Part shown: in pieces, positions 31,121 to 41,300 of the stretch
How positions within the stretch are numbered: position 1 is the stretch's first letter
Layout: every line of letters begins with the position of its first letter
Origin: an uncultured archaeon
GTDB taxonomy: Archaea; Iainarchaeota; Iainarchaeia; Iainarchaeales; 1-14-0-10-31-34
DNA: 64,000 nucleotides
Assembly (NCBI GenBank): GCA_964608675.1
Contig: CAZSOZ010000002.1
Span: forward strand, 128,305 to 192,304
Direction of reading: 5' to 3'
The notes under the pieces: generated by a model
The model's input: only the letters and a program-made list of their open reading frames with translations
The model's database searches: none
Told to the model about the DNA's origin: nothing
Translations under genes and position numbers: made by a program

Positions 31121-32005
31121 CTAGACCACCTCCTTAGCTCTGAGAGCCACAGCATATTGATCAAATTTTCTTGACAAACATAAATTCGAGTCTTTATTAT
31201 AAATAAACTTCGCTAATTGCAAGCCTCTTTTACAGGAATATTGCAATATGTAAACATTGCTTGAAACTTTTCTTACCTTTCCTTTAATGCCAATTGAATA
31301 AATTTCTTCAGCCATTTTTTCTAAAAAAACTTTTGACCCAGAAGAAATAGTTATCTCAAAATAAGGGCTTTTTTCTCTTTGAACATACCTAATATTCCCA
31401 TCTCCATCAATTACTCCCCTCAAAAAATGCCTCAAATATTTTCTCGGTATGTTTGGAAACTTAACTGAAAGAGATTTTCTGGGAGTTAAACCAAAACCCA
31501 TCAAATCTTTGCATATTGCTTTATTGTTTATAATTAAACGATATGAATTTGTTTTTGATGAATATAAAAGCTCTTTCGTGCTTTCCATCAGCAAACGCAT
31601 TCTTTCAAGATGCTTTTTATCCTTCTCTGAAGCAGTAATAGTTAAAGACCTGTATGACTTTAGCGGATTCCAGTTTATATTTCCGTCAGCAAAAACAAAA
31701 CCTAAAATATAGGCCATGTCAGAAGTCCAAACTTTAAAAAACTCTTCATTGACTGAATTCTTTTCAATGAATAAACCTAATTCTTGACACCACCTGTTTA
31801 TTGTAGTGCTGCCAACCCTTAATTCTTGTGCTATTTGTCTATTAGAAAGTTTTCCGAAATTTGACTTAATAAAAGACAGCATTTTTTTCTTTTCAGATTG
31901 TTGGATTATGGCACCCACAAAATAATCACAGTAATGTGATGGATGAACCTTATTAAAAATACATTGTTCTGAAAAACTAGTTTGGAAAGAAATATCAGGA
32001 AACAT
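31121..32005 (-). mobile_element. Free-standing double-motif LAGLIDADG homing endonuclease with N-terminal HTH
   Basis: MAYILGFVFADG and HFLRGVIDGDG motifs, LTPRKS..FP.IP, HTH SNRQIAQELRVGSTTINRW; no intein splice residues; true start uncertain. Confidence 0.88.
31925..31940. promoter_or_regulatory. Inverted repeat near the 5' end of the endonuclease gene (possible operator)
   Basis: ATCACA-GTAA-TGTGAT, just downstream of a TTTAATAA TATA-like box on the minus strand. Confidence 0.35.
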
Positions 32006-32087
32006 TACAATAACAAAAAAAGCAGAGATAGCTTTAAAAGAATAATTTTAGAACAAAATATTCTTATACGAATAAAGTGTTTTTTTT

Positions 32088-32636
32088 ATGCTTCCTGAAT
32101 TAAGAGAAATCAAAATAAGAAGAAAAGAACTGGGATTAACCCAAAAAAAACTCTCTGAAAAAAGCAAAGTGCCTCAATCAGTTATCGCAAAAATTGAAAC
32201 CCAAAAAATTCTGCCATCATATGAAAGTGCAAAAAGAATTTTTGACGTGCTTGACACAGAAACAAAAAAAGAACAAACAGCAAAAAACATTATGACAAAA
32301 AAAATTATTTCTATTCCTGAAAAAGAAAAAGTAGCTTATGCAATTCATTTAATGAACAAATACGGCATAAGCCAGCTTCCTGTTTTAAGAAAAAAAATTC
32401 CTGTAGGAACAATAACAGAAAAAACAATTATAGAAAAAATAGGTTCAGGGAAAATCAGCAGTACAGGAAAAATTTCAGAAATAATGGAAGAATCTCTTCC
32501 TATAATTGAATCGAATTCAAAGCTTGAAGCAGTTTCTTCAATGCTCAAATACTATCCAGCAGTATTAGTAAAAAAAGAAGACGAATTAAAAGGAATTATC
32601 ACCAGAACAAACATTCTGAAAAAAACCATTAAATAA
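32088..32636 (+). CDS. XRE-HTH + CBS-pair transcriptional regulator
   Basis: RRKELGLTQKKL..SQSVIAKIE-type HTH, ISQLPV, GIITRTNIL. Confidence 0.92.
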   Translation: MLPELREIKIRRKELGLTQKKLSEKSKVPQSVIAKIETQKILPSYESAKRIFDVLDTETKKEQTAKNIMTKKIISIPEKEKVAYAIHLMNKYGISQLPVLRKKIPVGTITEKTIIEKIGSGKISSTGKISEIMEESLPIIESNSKLEAVSSMLKYYPAVLVKKEDELKGIITRTNILKKTIK

Positions 32637-32717
32637 AAGAAAAAAAGGCTTTTTTTAGGATTCAGTTATATTTAAATATTTGTTTTAACTCTATAGTAAT
32701 AACATTATATACATAAA

Positions 32718-33287
32718 TTGTTGTGGAATTCAATGAACTCAAAATTAATTATTTTTTCAGCGGCATTCTTGTTTTTTTCATTAAATATACATGCTTTAAA
32801 CGTTGATTTACCTAATTCTATTACTTTTTTTGAAGAAGCAAGAAGCATTAATTTTGAAGTAGAAAATGTTTCCGGAAAAACACAGGAATTAAACATTGAA
32901 GTTTTTGCTCCAATTGCATTTGAAATAAAAGGAGAAAAACAATTCCTTGAAAACGGAGAAACTGCTTTTATTGAATTAACTTTTTTTCCTCAAGACAAAT
33001 ATCTGAATTCTGTTTATGAATCAACTGTTTTAATTAAATTAGGAAGAGAAATACAAAAAGAAAAAATTCCATTATATTTTGAAGAAAAAATAGAAGAAAA
33101 AAGAGAAGAAACAGAAGAACAAAAAGAAACATTCAATCCTGTGACTGCTACAGGAAACATTTTTTTGGCAGGAATAACTGAATTTCTTAATCCAATTAAT
33201 TTTATTTTAACTATTATTGCAGCAATACTGCTTGTATTATTTATTTCAAGGCTTACAAAAAGACTAAACAAGGAGGAAATCAAATGA
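32718..33287 (+). CDS. Small surface protein: single Ig-like domain plus C-terminal TM
   Basis: Signal peptide, beta-rich domain, ATG.. motif then TM. Confidence 0.75.
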   Translation: MLWNSMNSKLIIFSAAFLFFSLNIHALNVDLPNSITFFEEARSINFEVENVSGKTQELNIEVFAPIAFEIKGEKQFLENGETAFIELTFFPQDKYLNSVYESTVLIKLGREIQKEKIPLYFEEKIEEKREETEEQKETFNPVTATGNIFLAGITEFLNPINFILTIIAAILLVLFISRLTKRLNKEEIK

Positions 33288-35065
33288 AACACTTAATTAC
33301 AGTAATAGCATTAATACTGGTTTTATCAGGAGCACAAGGATTAATTCAGCCCGAAAAAAGCGAGATAAGCATTTCTGCAAAAGAAGTTTTTTCTCTGCCA
33401 ATAAAAATAAAAAACGAGTCAAACGAAAAAAAATTAATTCATTTGATTTCAAAAGGTCCTTTAAAAACTGAATTCAGGGCAAACGATTTTTATTTGAATG
33501 CAGGAGAACAAACAGAAATTGCTTTGGATATTTTTCCTTCATTTAAATCAGAAACTTATTTTATTGAATTAAGAATGGAAGCAGACGAAATAACAGAATA
33601 CTCTGGACTAACAGTTAATACATGGTTTGCTTCAGAAGAAATACAATTAAAATATTACAGGCAGAATATATGCAGGAACCGACTTGACAAAATAAGCTTG
33701 TTTGTTAAAAACACTTCATCTGAATCCAAAAGAATAAAATTAAGCGCTGAAACAAATTTTTTTATGGCAAACATTGAACCTAATGATATTGATTTGGATG
33801 CAGGAGAAGAAAAATTCGTGGAAATAGAAATTCTTTCCAATACTTCAGTTCCTTTAAATAATTATTCAATTGTAGTTTACGCTGAATCCAACAACACAAT
33901 TGTATCAAAAGAAGTTTTCTTTGATTTAGTTGAATGCACTGAAATAAAAAATGAATTCAGGTTAAGTGCACCTGCAAGAATTTCATTAAGAAAAAATGAA
34001 ACAAAAAGAGTTTATTTTACAGTAAAAAACCTTGAAGACAAAGAAAATGAAATACAGTTTGCAGTAAGAAGCAATCTAATAACAGAATTACAGCAAACCA
34101 AAACAGTTCTGGAGCCGTTTGAATCAAGACAATTTTGGATTGATATTCAAGCATTAAAAAGCAACAAAACAGGAATACACAAAATAGAATTATATGCCTT
34201 CAACCCGTTTTATGAAGAAAGAAAAACATTCAACGCAGAAGTAAGAGGAATTCATGAAATAAAATCTGTTTTATTAAACAACAATATTGAAATTCAAAGA
34301 GGGCATTCAAAAATTTTCACTTTATTAATTGAAAACAAAGGCGATTTCAAAGAAAAAATTGAATTAAATTTCTTTGAACAAGAAAACATTAACCTGCATT
34401 TTTCTGAAACAAGATTTTATTTAAATGAAAAAGAAGCAAAAAAAGTTTATATTTCTGTTAATCCTTCAATTACTTCAAAATTAAAGGATTACAAAATCAA
34501 AATTAAAGTTAACGGAAAAGAATTATTTTTGAAGTTCAAAGCAATAAAAGAAGAAAAACCTTTGCAGACAGAAGGAATAATTGAATTTTTGTCTGCACCT
34601 GAAAGAATAACTTTAAACCAAAAACAACAAAAATTAGAGATTGTAATTAAAAACATTTCAGGAGAAAAGATTGAAAACACAGTGTTTTGGATTGAAGGAC
34701 TTCCAAAAGGAACAGCTTTTGAATCCAATATAATAAAAGAACTGGAAACAGGAAAAACAAGAACTGCAGGAGGAACCTTATTTTTAACTGAAGACGCAGT
34801 AAAAGGAACCTACAAAATATTTCTTGTAATTGAAGGAAATGAATTCAGGCAAAAAAAACAGGTTTTATTGAATGTACTTGAAGAACCAGAAGAAAAAGAA
34901 ACAGAAAAACAAGAAGACAGTTTTTTTGCAGGGCTTGCAGGACTCGCATCACTTGGAACAGAACAATGGATTGGATTAATAATAATTGTCCTGATTATAA
35001 TCATTTTATTATTGAATCCAGGAACCCAAACAAAAAAAGGGAAAAAAACCTGGGTGAACTATTAG
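33284..35065 (+). CDS. Surface (S-layer-like) protein with tandem Ig-like/NEW3-type repeats
   Basis: Signal peptide, about 5 repeats of I.N......L..GE, C-terminal TM. Confidence 0.8.
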   Translation: MKHLITVIALILVLSGAQGLIQPEKSEISISAKEVFSLPIKIKNESNEKKLIHLISKGPLKTEFRANDFYLNAGEQTEIALDIFPSFKSETYFIELRMEADEITEYSGLTVNTWFASEEIQLKYYRQNICRNRLDKISLFVKNTSSESKRIKLSAETNFFMANIEPNDIDLDAGEEKFVEIEILSNTSVPLNNYSIVVYAESNNTIVSKEVFFDLVECTEIKNEFRLSAPARISLRKNETKRVYFTVKNLEDKENEIQFAVRSNLITELQQTKTVLEPFESRQFWIDIQALKSNKTGIHKIELYAFNPFYEERKTFNAEVRGIHEIKSVLLNNNIEIQRGHSKIFTLLIENKGDFKEKIELNFFEQENINLHFSETRFYLNEKEAKKVYISVNPSITSKLKDYKIKIKVNGKELFLKFKAIKEEKPLQTEGIIEFLSAPERITLNQKQQKLEIVIKNISGEKIENTVFWIEGLPKGTAFESNIIKELETGKTRTAGGTLFLTEDAVKGTYKIFLVIEGNEFRQKKQVLLNVLEEPEEKETEKQEDSFFAGLAGLASLGTEQWIGLIIIVLIIIILLLNPGTQTKKGKKTWVNY

Positions 35066-35075
35066 GGGGAGTGAA

Positions 35076-37544
35076 ATGAAAAACAAGACTTTAATTGCAT
35101 TAGCATTAATTTTTTTGAGTGCAATAGCAAACGCTCATACAATGGAAGGAGACTTCACAGGATTAACTTTTCAAGGGCAGACAATTGAAAGAACATTTCT
35201 TTTATGCAATACCTTAAACTTTCAGGAAAATTTTAGTTTATCCAGCAACAACGAATGGATGGAAGTAAGGCCTTTAACCGCATCTGTTCCTGCTGAATCA
35301 TGCAAAGAAATTTATGCATTTATTACTCCTTTGCCTTATTCTGAATCAGGAGAATACCAAATAGAAGTAAACGCAGAAGGAGAACATGAAAGCACAACAA
35401 AAACATTTTATTTAACTGTATTAGAAGGACACAAAATAAAAATTGAATCACAAAACAGCATTACAACAACTCAATGCAAAGAAGAAGTGTTCAACATTGA
35501 ATTAGAAAATACAGGAATATTTGATGAAAGAGCATTATTTTCAGTTCAAGGATTAAACAAAAACTGGTTTGAATTAAGTTCAAAAGAAATTTTTCTGCCA
35601 AAAAATTCAAAAAGAAACCTTGAATTAAATGTATTAATTCCCTGCAATCAGGAAACAAAAAGATATGACTTCACTTTGCAGGCTGAATTAAAAAACACAG
35701 GAATAACAAAAGAAAAAAATTTGTCAATTAACGTTGAAAACGCACAGGAAATATTAATTGAAAGCAGGTCATTTAATGCATGCAATGACTTAACTGCAAT
35801 AAATTCACTTTCAATTACAAACAAAGGATTAATGCAAGAAGAATTAACTTTACAAATTGAAGGTCCAACCTGGATTAAATTACAGGAAAATTCAATGCAA
35901 TTAGAATCCGGCCAAACAAAAGAAATTCAAATTAAATTCCTTGAAAACAACCAGGAAGAAAAAAATTATTCATTCAAACTAAAAGTTTACTCAGAAAAAT
36001 TCAATCAATACTACAAAAAAAACTTTACAGTTAAAGCAGAAAACTGCTTTGATTTAAGCATTGAAAACGGTCAAATGCAGAATTCAGCCTGCATTGAATC
36101 AAATCCAGAAATTTCATATATCCTGAAAAACACTGGAACAAAAAGAATGCTTTTAAAATTAAGAATAGAAGGAATTAAAGCAGAACTAGAAAAAAATTCA
36201 ATTGCCTTAGAGCCAAACCAAAGCACAGAAATAAAAGCGCAATTAGATTTCAGTGCAATTTCAGCAGACCAGCTTAAATTCATTTTAATTGCAGACTCAG
36301 AAAATTATTCAAACACAAAAGAAAACACAATGCAATTAGAAAACTGCTATGAAATTCAGTCAGTTGTTCCTTCATTAAAAGTATGCAGAGAAGTTCCATT
36401 AAAAAACCAGTTCATTAAAATATCAAACACAGGAACAAAAAAACAGTCTTTTTCACTTGAATCAAATGTTAACTGGATTAATTTAACAGAAAAAAACTTT
36501 TCACTTGAAGGCGGACAAACAAAAGAAATAGAATTAATTATTATGCCAAAAAAAACATCACAAGAAGAAACTTATGCAGTAAAAACAACCACAGAAAACA
36601 ACCAGTATACAATGACAGGAAACATTGAATATTTAGATAAAGAAACCTGCTTTGGATTAAATATGCAAATAACAAAAGAAATAGAAGTCAATGCAGGAGA
36701 AGGAGCAATCACAACCATACAAATAACCAACCAAGGAAAAACATTACAGCACGTAAATTTTTTAGTTGAAAACTATTCATGGGTTTTCTTTAATCCAAAA
36801 AAATTTGATTTAATGGAAGGAGAAACAAAAGAAGTATACGTTTACTTTAATCCTCCCTTTGATTTTGAACAAGAAAAAGTTTCAGTTCAAGTAAAAGCAA
36901 TAACAAACTATGATTTTTTAGTTCAAAAAGCAGTCAAAGTAATTGTTTCAGGAGGAAGCGTGATACTGACAATTGATCCAGAAAACATAAACGTTTCTCC
37001 AACAGAAATAGGAACAGAAGATACAAACGAAAACAAAATTGAAATCACAATACAATTAGAAAACAATACAGAAGCAAACATGAAAATACTAGATGTAAAA
37101 ACAAATTACCCTAAATCAAATTACTTTATTAAAGAACCAGTAATCAAAAAACAAACTACAGGAGAAATAATTCTAATTTTTGTTGCAAACCAAAAACTTG
37201 AATTAAAAGGATTAGAAGTGCCAATAGAAATAGTTACAGACAAAGGCACATACTATAAAGTAGTTCAACTGCCAAAAGAAACAGAAAAAACAGAAGACGG
37301 AGAAGAAACCACTGGATTTATTTTATTCGGAGAAGATGAATACATTTTAGTTATTCTGATTGTATTAATTGTAATTCTCATAATACTAGCTGCAGTCAGA
37401 AGCGACAAAGAAGAAACAGAAGAACAAATAGTGGATTATTCCCCTGAACAAGATTTTCAAAAAGAAATCAAATCAATAGTAACCAAAAAACCAGAAAAAA
37501 AGAAAACCAAAAAGAAAACCAAAAAAACAAAAAAGAAAAAATAA
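35076..37544 (+). CDS. Surface protein with about 7 Ig-like repeats and paired cysteines
   Basis: Signal peptide, repeated N.G.....W......L..G.TKEI, TTG motif before C-terminal TM, Lys tail. Confidence 0.8.
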   Translation: MKNKTLIALALIFLSAIANAHTMEGDFTGLTFQGQTIERTFLLCNTLNFQENFSLSSNNEWMEVRPLTASVPAESCKEIYAFITPLPYSESGEYQIEVNAEGEHESTTKTFYLTVLEGHKIKIESQNSITTTQCKEEVFNIELENTGIFDERALFSVQGLNKNWFELSSKEIFLPKNSKRNLELNVLIPCNQETKRYDFTLQAELKNTGITKEKNLSINVENAQEILIESRSFNACNDLTAINSLSITNKGLMQEELTLQIEGPTWIKLQENSMQLESGQTKEIQIKFLENNQEEKNYSFKLKVYSEKFNQYYKKNFTVKAENCFDLSIENGQMQNSACIESNPEISYILKNTGTKRMLLKLRIEGIKAELEKNSIALEPNQSTEIKAQLDFSAISADQLKFILIADSENYSNTKENTMQLENCYEIQSVVPSLKVCREVPLKNQFIKISNTGTKKQSFSLESNVNWINLTEKNFSLEGGQTKEIELIIMPKKTSQEETYAVKTTTENNQYTMTGNIEYLDKETCFGLNMQITKEIEVNAGEGAITTIQITNQGKTLQHVNFLVENYSWVFFNPKKFDLMEGETKEVYVYFNPPFDFEQEKVSVQVKAITNYDFLVQKAVKVIVSGGSVILTIDPENINVSPTEIGTEDTNENKIEITIQLENNTEANMKILDVKTNYPKSNYFIKEPVIKKQTTGEIILIFVANQKLELKGLEVPIEIVTDKGTYYKVVQLPKETEKTEDGEETTGFILFGEDEYILVILIVLIVILIILAAVRSDKEETEEQIVDYSPEQDFQKEIKSIVTKKPEKKKTKKKTKKTKKKK

Positions 37545-37546
37545 AA

Positions 37547-38272
37547 TTAAATTAAATCAGACAAATAATCTGCAATAAAAGGGCTTTCAATAAAGATTGC
37601 CTTTTCATTGTCTTCTTTTTTTTCATTCAAAAACAACAAAACTTTCTGTCTGTCAAAAACAATAAACCTTGCTTTTGCTTTGGATTTAACTGCATTAAAT
37701 TCCCTTAATTTTTTATGCAAAGAATCTTTATCAAAAGAATTCAAAGCAAATTTAACTTCAACACCCTTAGATTTTAAAGCCTTTAATTTCGAAGAGAAAG
37801 CATTAATTTTCTTTAAAGCATTCTCTTCAGAAGTAGAAATTATAATGCTTTCCTTTGCATTTTTAAGTGAATCAGCTATTATGTTGTTTATTTGGTTGCT
37901 GGAAACACTCCAGACTCCAGAAAAAGAATTGTTTTCTTCTGTTTTTGAATTAAATTTTTTTTTGAGTTCTTCCTTTAAAGAACACATTTCATTTAATTCT
38001 CTTTCAAAAGAATTCCTTTTCTGTTTTTCATAATTAACTAAAGCTTTTTCAGGCTGAACTGCTTTAAATGAAACAGGTCTTCCAACTGAAACCATAACAA
38101 AGCCTTTTTTTTCCAAAGACATTAAAACATCATAAACTCTTGCTCTAGGAATTCCTGCTTTTCTGCTTATTTCAGAAGCAGTGGATTCACTTGATTGATT
38201 CAAAGAAGAATACACTCTTGATTCATATTCATTTAATCCAAGCCTTTTAAGCAAAGCAATCAGTTCAGCCAA
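37547..38272 (-). CDS. TrmB-family transcriptional regulator
   Basis: LGLNEYESRVY, GIPRARVYDVL.SLEKKGFV...GRP; probable TTG start 38272. Confidence 0.92.
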   Translation of the reverse strand: MAELIALLKRLGLNEYESRVYSSLNQSSESTASEISRKAGIPRARVYDVLMSLEKKGFVMVSVGRPVSFKAVQPEKALVNYEKQKRNSFERELNEMCSLKEELKKKFNSKTEENNSFSGVWSVSSNQINNIIADSLKNAKESIIISTSEENALKKINAFSSKLKALKSKGVEVKFALNSFDKDSLHKKLREFNAVKSKAKARFIVFDRQKVLLFLNEKKEDNEKAIFIESPFIADYLSDLI

Positions 38273-38289
38273 AACAAAAAACCCCAAAA

Positions 38290-38319
38290 AAACCTTTCTC
38301 AAAAAAGGTTTAACAAAAA
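38290..38319. repeat. Dispersed palindromic repeat, copy 2
   Basis: AAACCTTTCTCAAAAAAGGTTTAACAAAAA. Confidence 0.55.
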
Positions 38320-38399
38320 TTCAGTTGAATAAATAAAGGTGTTTTGCTTTAAATTCTTTTCTGTACGCTTTCAAAAAAAAATAAGCAAAAAAAAACATT

Positions 38400-41300
38400 T
38401 TATTCAAAAATTCCAGAAACAAACTTGTAGTCAACACAAGCAAGGCATTCCCTTATTGTCTTACATGTCTCGCATGCTTCAATTACAGTTATTTCTTCCA
38501 CAGGCTTTACAGAAACCACCTTAGTTTCCGTTGGCTTGCAGTAATCTTCTCCTAATTCATTTTTTCTTCCATAATTTTCAGTGAAAATTCTAAACCAAGC
38601 CAAAACTTTTGCAGTATAATCCCCTGCTTTTCCTAATGAAGTGCATCCAGCTGAACTAGAATTATATCTTGCAACAGTAATTGCATTCTTCCAAGTTGCT
38701 TTAGCAGAAGCAGTTGAAGGCAAAACAGTATTTAATTCACTATCACAGGCAGATTCAAATTTTTCTTCTAATTCCCTAAAGTATGTGGTTCCTGCTTCAA
38801 TGTTTTTTTCTGAGTTTTTCCATGTTCCATTTTCTTTCCAGTCTAAACCAAAAATATCGCTCCAATTATCCAAATTGTCTTCATACAACTGCATTAAACC
38901 ATAAGACTTTTTTGTTCCTTCATCCCCCACTGCTTCAGGATCAAAACTGCTTTCAGCATAAATTATTGCTCTGATTAAATCAGCATCAATTTCATATTTT
39001 TCTGCATACTTGTTTATTTCTGATTCAAAATCCCTTGCATCCTGCATTGCATTAACACATTCAGTACTTTGTTTTCCTGTCCTGACTGTTGTTTTCTTTT
39101 CTGAAACCTGTGCCTCAAAAACAACTGTTTCTTTTTTTCCTTCACTTAAAACAACCGAAGATTTATCAGGCTTAAAATTATAAATATAAACAGTTCCTTC
39201 AACTATAATGCTCTCAATATTTATTTTTTCTGCATCAACATTAATCACATCTCCCATAGTATTGCACACAGATTTTCCTTTACAAATCTCTTCCCTGATT
39301 TTGTCTTCTGCTTTGTTTTTTATGTCTTCAGGAACAACACAGCTGTCTTCATCAGGTTTAACACAAAGTGTTTTAATCTGAACATCAAGTTCTGCCAAAA
39401 CAGGCTCTGGTTCAGAGGAAAGCCTTACTTCAATTGAAGCCGCCTCAAAATTTGGTTCAGAAAAAGTTCCCCCTAAAATTTCTTTTCCGTCAGAAGAATA
39501 ACCAATTAAATCGCATTTGCTATCTCCTGTCTTGTCCTGACAGACAAAAAACTGAAGAGTGCTTCCGTCCCAGTTATTAACCGTAATTTTCATTTGCTCA
39601 TTTAAAGGAAAAGATTTAACTGAAAAAGTTTTTCCGTTCTCTATTTCACTGAAATCAAATTCAAGCAAGCCGTCAATGTTTGGATAAATTGAAGTAAAAT
39701 TTGTTTTTGTGGTTTCAGGAATTATTACTTTTCCTGTTTCTCCAACTGAAAAGAACGCTTGTCTGTCATTTTCATAGTTTTCCAAAAGAATTTCAATTGT
39801 TTGTGTTTCTTTTGGCAATTCAACGTAATAAGAAGGAACTCCTTTCAGTTTAGTAACAGTTTTATTGTTAACCGACTTAACCTGCAGGTTTTCATAAACT
39901 GCAGGATTCTCCCTGCTTAAATTCTTAAAAAACAGCAGTTTTTCTCCGGTTTTAGATTTATCTAAAACAGAACTGCTTTTACCAAACACAACATCTTTCA
40001 AATCAATTTCTGAAACAGTTTCATCAATTAATTTATTTGTACGACTATAATACCCCCACAATCTTGTTTTTTCTGAAAACAAAATAAAAAAATCATATTT
40101 TTTTCCTTTAGTTAATTCAACAGTAAAACTGTTTTCCTTTTCATTTTTTTCAATAACAGTAAAATCACTTTTGCTTTCAGCGCTATCAACAAAAACAATT
40201 TGCTCCCAATTAAGAGAATCCAACAAATCAAAATTATTTTTTCCGACAAATACTTTTACTTTAAATTTTTCTGTTGGAATAACTGTTTTTATAACATTTT
40301 CAGGAATAACAACAGTATTTTCAGTGATTTTTTCTTCAAAAGCATTAGTCAAATAACTTTCTAAAATCTTTATTTTATAAGAATCTGCAATACCAGAAAC
40401 TTTCACAGGAGAAACAATTAAATTTTCTTTTTCAGAACAAAAAGTGTTTTCCTGAAAATTACACCATTTATTCATTCCATACAATTCATTCAAGTATTCT
40501 TCTGCAAAACCGCCTTTTCTTGCAGACAAAAATTCAGCTTCAATTTTATTTCCAGAATCATCCACTACAATAGATTCAGTTCCTGCTTGATTTAATGCAC
40601 TAAACACATCAGAAGTCATAACTAAATCAAATTTAAATGAATCAAAATCAAATTGTGTGTCCTGCAAATCAATTTGAGTTGGCTGGGTTTCAACAACAAA
40701 TTTTTCTGACACCCATTCAGGGCAGTCGGAATCAAAAACTCCCGGTTTAATACAATATTTTGGCTGAACTTTAACTTTGTATTCTCCCTGCTGGACTTCA
40801 GCCAAAAGAGTTTCGCCTGACTGAATTAACTCTGTATTTGTTTCTTGTTCTTCAGGCATTTCCAGCAAACTGAAATCCAGTTTGCTTAAATCAGCTTCTG
40901 AATACTTTAAAGCAGGATACAATAAAAGCGTTCTTTGGTTTGTTTTTTTCATTCTGCTTAAAACATTTTGTTTTGAAGGCGGTTTACTCAAAGAATCAAT
41001 TAAATGAGGTTTAACTGAAAAATTAACAAGGTTTGCAGAACCATACCAAGAATAAACAATAAAATCATCTGTTAAAATTAAAGCTTTTCCAAAAAAATCT
41101 GTATTTTCTTTGTAATTGGGAATAAAACTGAATTCAAGAGAAGGAATTTTTTTGTAAACATCTTCTCCAAAATTAAAAACATAAAAAGGCAATCCTTCAA
41201 GCTTTAATTCTTTTTCAGAAAAATTAAAAGTGAATTTGTTTTCTTCAGAATTCAAAGCCAAAGGAAATTCCTTTAATCTTTCACTGTATTCTATACTAAA

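Noticed and set aside
31121..32005. Intein or group I/BHB intron in metK
   Set aside because: The endonuclease ORF has its own stop, no Cys/Ser1 or His-Asn ends, and the complete metK N-terminus lies downstream of it; no intron core is recognisable.
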